Source: a virus (Duplodnaviria > Caudoviricetes). From it: 53,616 nucleotides of DNA. The stretch covers positions 1 to 53,616 of IMG/VR virus record IMGVR_UViG_3300042881_003221, one strand, 5' to 3'. Below are positions 52,473 through 53,616 of the stretch, one piece after another (positions within the stretch are counted from its first letter, which is position 1; every line of letters begins with the position of its first letter). Both the position numbers and the translations under genes were made by a program. Below the pieces are notes generated by a model that saw only the letters and a list, made by a program, of their open reading frames with translations, did not search any database and was not told the origin of the DNA.

Positions 52473-52669
52473 GTCCGGCCTCCCCGTGCGACCTTCAACA
52501 GCGACTCTCCGACGCGGCCGATCAGGTCGTGTTGAATGAACATCGTCTCCCGCCACGTCTCGGCCGGGTCCTGCACTTGGAGGAAGGCGCCCCCGTCGCA
52601 TGGCGTCACGGTCGCAACTTCGGCCCCGTGCGCGTCGCGGATGGCGATTTCGGTGTCGGTGGCGATCAT
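52469..52669 (-). CDS. Hypothetical protein
   Basis: SD GGAGG; MIATDTEI. Confidence 0.55.
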   Translation of the reverse strand: MIATDTEIAIRDAHGAEVATVTPCDGGAFLQVQDPAETWRETMFIQHDLIGRVGESLLKVARGGRT

Positions 52670-52980
52670 GTCCGTGCCTCCCGAGCCAGACGGAACCGTT
52701 CGGCCGCAGCCTCGCGCTGTTCGTCGCTGATTTCCCGCTTCTCCCGGAACGGATCGGAACCCATGCGGAATGGCCAGAGGGCGCATGTCACGTCACCGCA
52801 GCGGCGAACCTCGGCCGGGCTGCTTCCCATGCAATCCAGGCACTTCGCCCGCACCGCATCGCCCCGGCTGATCCGCTCCAAGCCGAGGGCCTCCATGTCC
52901 GCCGGCCCCATCTTCCGGGGATCGCGGCCCTGTGGCGTGCCGTCCGGGTGCAGTTCCTGGTGGGGTGCGAGCGCGTTCAC
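52666..52980 (-). CDS. Conserved phage zinc-binding protein
   Basis: AVRAKCLDCMG...EVRRC....CALWPFRMG. Confidence 0.75.
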   Translation of the reverse strand: MNALAPHQELHPDGTPQGRDPRKMGPADMEALGLERISRGDAVRAKCLDCMGSSPAEVRRCGDVTCALWPFRMGSDPFREKREISDEQREAAAERFRLAREART

Positions 52981-53285
52981 AGGTCGCCTCCCATCGCCAT
53001 ATCCGTAGCGACGGCCGAGGCCCGGACCCGATACGCCGGCAGGTCGATCCCGTCGCGGATGTCGGTCAGCATGCCGGTGATGTCTTCCATCCCATAGCCC
53101 GGCACCGGCTCGGTGGTCTTGAACGAAACGCCGTCGATCGCGGTCAGGAACGTCGCTGCGGCATCGCGGAGGGTGGCGGCGGCGTTTACGTCGGCGTTGA
53201 CGATCGCGCGCAGGTCCGGGCGGGGAATGTCCGTGCCGTAGATGCGGTCGAACTTGGTTCCGTCGAAGTTGTCCGGGTAGGGCAT
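52977..53285 (-). CDS. Hypothetical protein
   Basis: SD GGAGG; MPYPDNFDG; TGATG coupling to the pentapeptide gene. Confidence 0.65.
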   Translation of the reverse strand: MPYPDNFDGTKFDRIYGTDIPRPDLRAIVNADVNAAATLRDAAATFLTAIDGVSFKTTEPVPGYGMEDITGMLTDIRDGIDLPAYRVRASAVATDMAMGGDL

Positions 53286-53616
53286 CACACCGCCTCCCCC
53301 GCCGCATCTTCGACGCCACGCCCATCGGACGCCGCGAGAGCGAGGATCGCCGTCTTGTGCCGATCCCAGAACCGCCGCGCGCGGGCACCGTCCATGCGGG
53401 CGATCCGCTCGTTGTTGAACGCGGCCCATTCGGCGATCGAGTGTAATTCGCATCCGATCTTGATGTGTTGGTCGAGGATCAGGACGGGATATGACAGACC
53501 CAGGATTTGCAGCGGGGCACGCGCAATCGTGATGTCTTCAGTGATCTTGGCGCCGGCCAGATTGGCGCCGGCCAGATTGGCGCCGTCCAGATTGGCGCCG
53601 TCCAGATTGGCGCCGG
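53285..53616 (-). CDS. Pentapeptide-repeat protein, C-terminal part (DUF5758-like tail domain)
   Basis: ..[41 protein letters not shown]..; stop 53285-53287; in frame with 1-427 when the ends are joined. Confidence 0.88.
   Translation of the reverse strand, partial: GANLDGANLDGANLAGANLAGAKITEDITIARAPLQILGLSYPVLILDQHIKIGCELHSIAEWAAFNNERIARMDGARARRFWDRHKTAILALAASDGRGVEDAAGEAV

Noticed and set aside
1-53616. Integrase/attP, tRNA genes, toxin-antitoxin or known defence systems
   Set aside because: No tyrosine/serine recombinase motifs, tRNA T-loop cloverleaf or recognisable defence genes seen by eye; absence needs HMM and tRNAscan confirmation.

Overview
The window looks like an essentially complete, circularly permuted ~53.6 kb genome of a GC-rich, long-tailed (siphovirus-like, HK97-fold) dsDNA phage. 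The host is probably an alphaproteobacterium (GcrA-like protein, DUF6456-like regulator, GTA-like head-spike-fibre domains); this is inferred. The contig is broken inside a 15-bp tandem repeat encoding a pentapeptide-repeat protein whose 5' half is at 1-427 (-) and 3' half at 53285-53616 (-). The + arm (538-39.9 kb) carries HTH regulators, an SNF2-like helicase plus DNA methyltransferase, MazG-like, two ParB-like proteins, VRR-NUC, an RHH/SpoVG/Prim-Pol/ATPase replication module with a likely origin, HNH/TerS/TerL, a fused protease-capsid, portal, tail genes (with a -1 frameshift chaperone), receptor-binding/esterase genes and holin/endolysin. The - arm (40.3-53.6 kb) carries many small early genes, ThyX, a Sak4-like ATPase and a RecE-like nuclease. 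I recognised no integrase, CI-type repressor, ParA, spanins, tRNA, CRISPR or reverse transcriptase. The most interesting signals are regulatory: a complete antisense transcription unit over the ribosome-binding site of a DGQHR/ParB-like gene, a cluster of candidate small structured RNAs at the convergence of the two arms (40.0-40.85 kb), a divergent switch with no CI, and a plasmid-like replicon. All family calls come from motif recognition by eye; no database searches were run.
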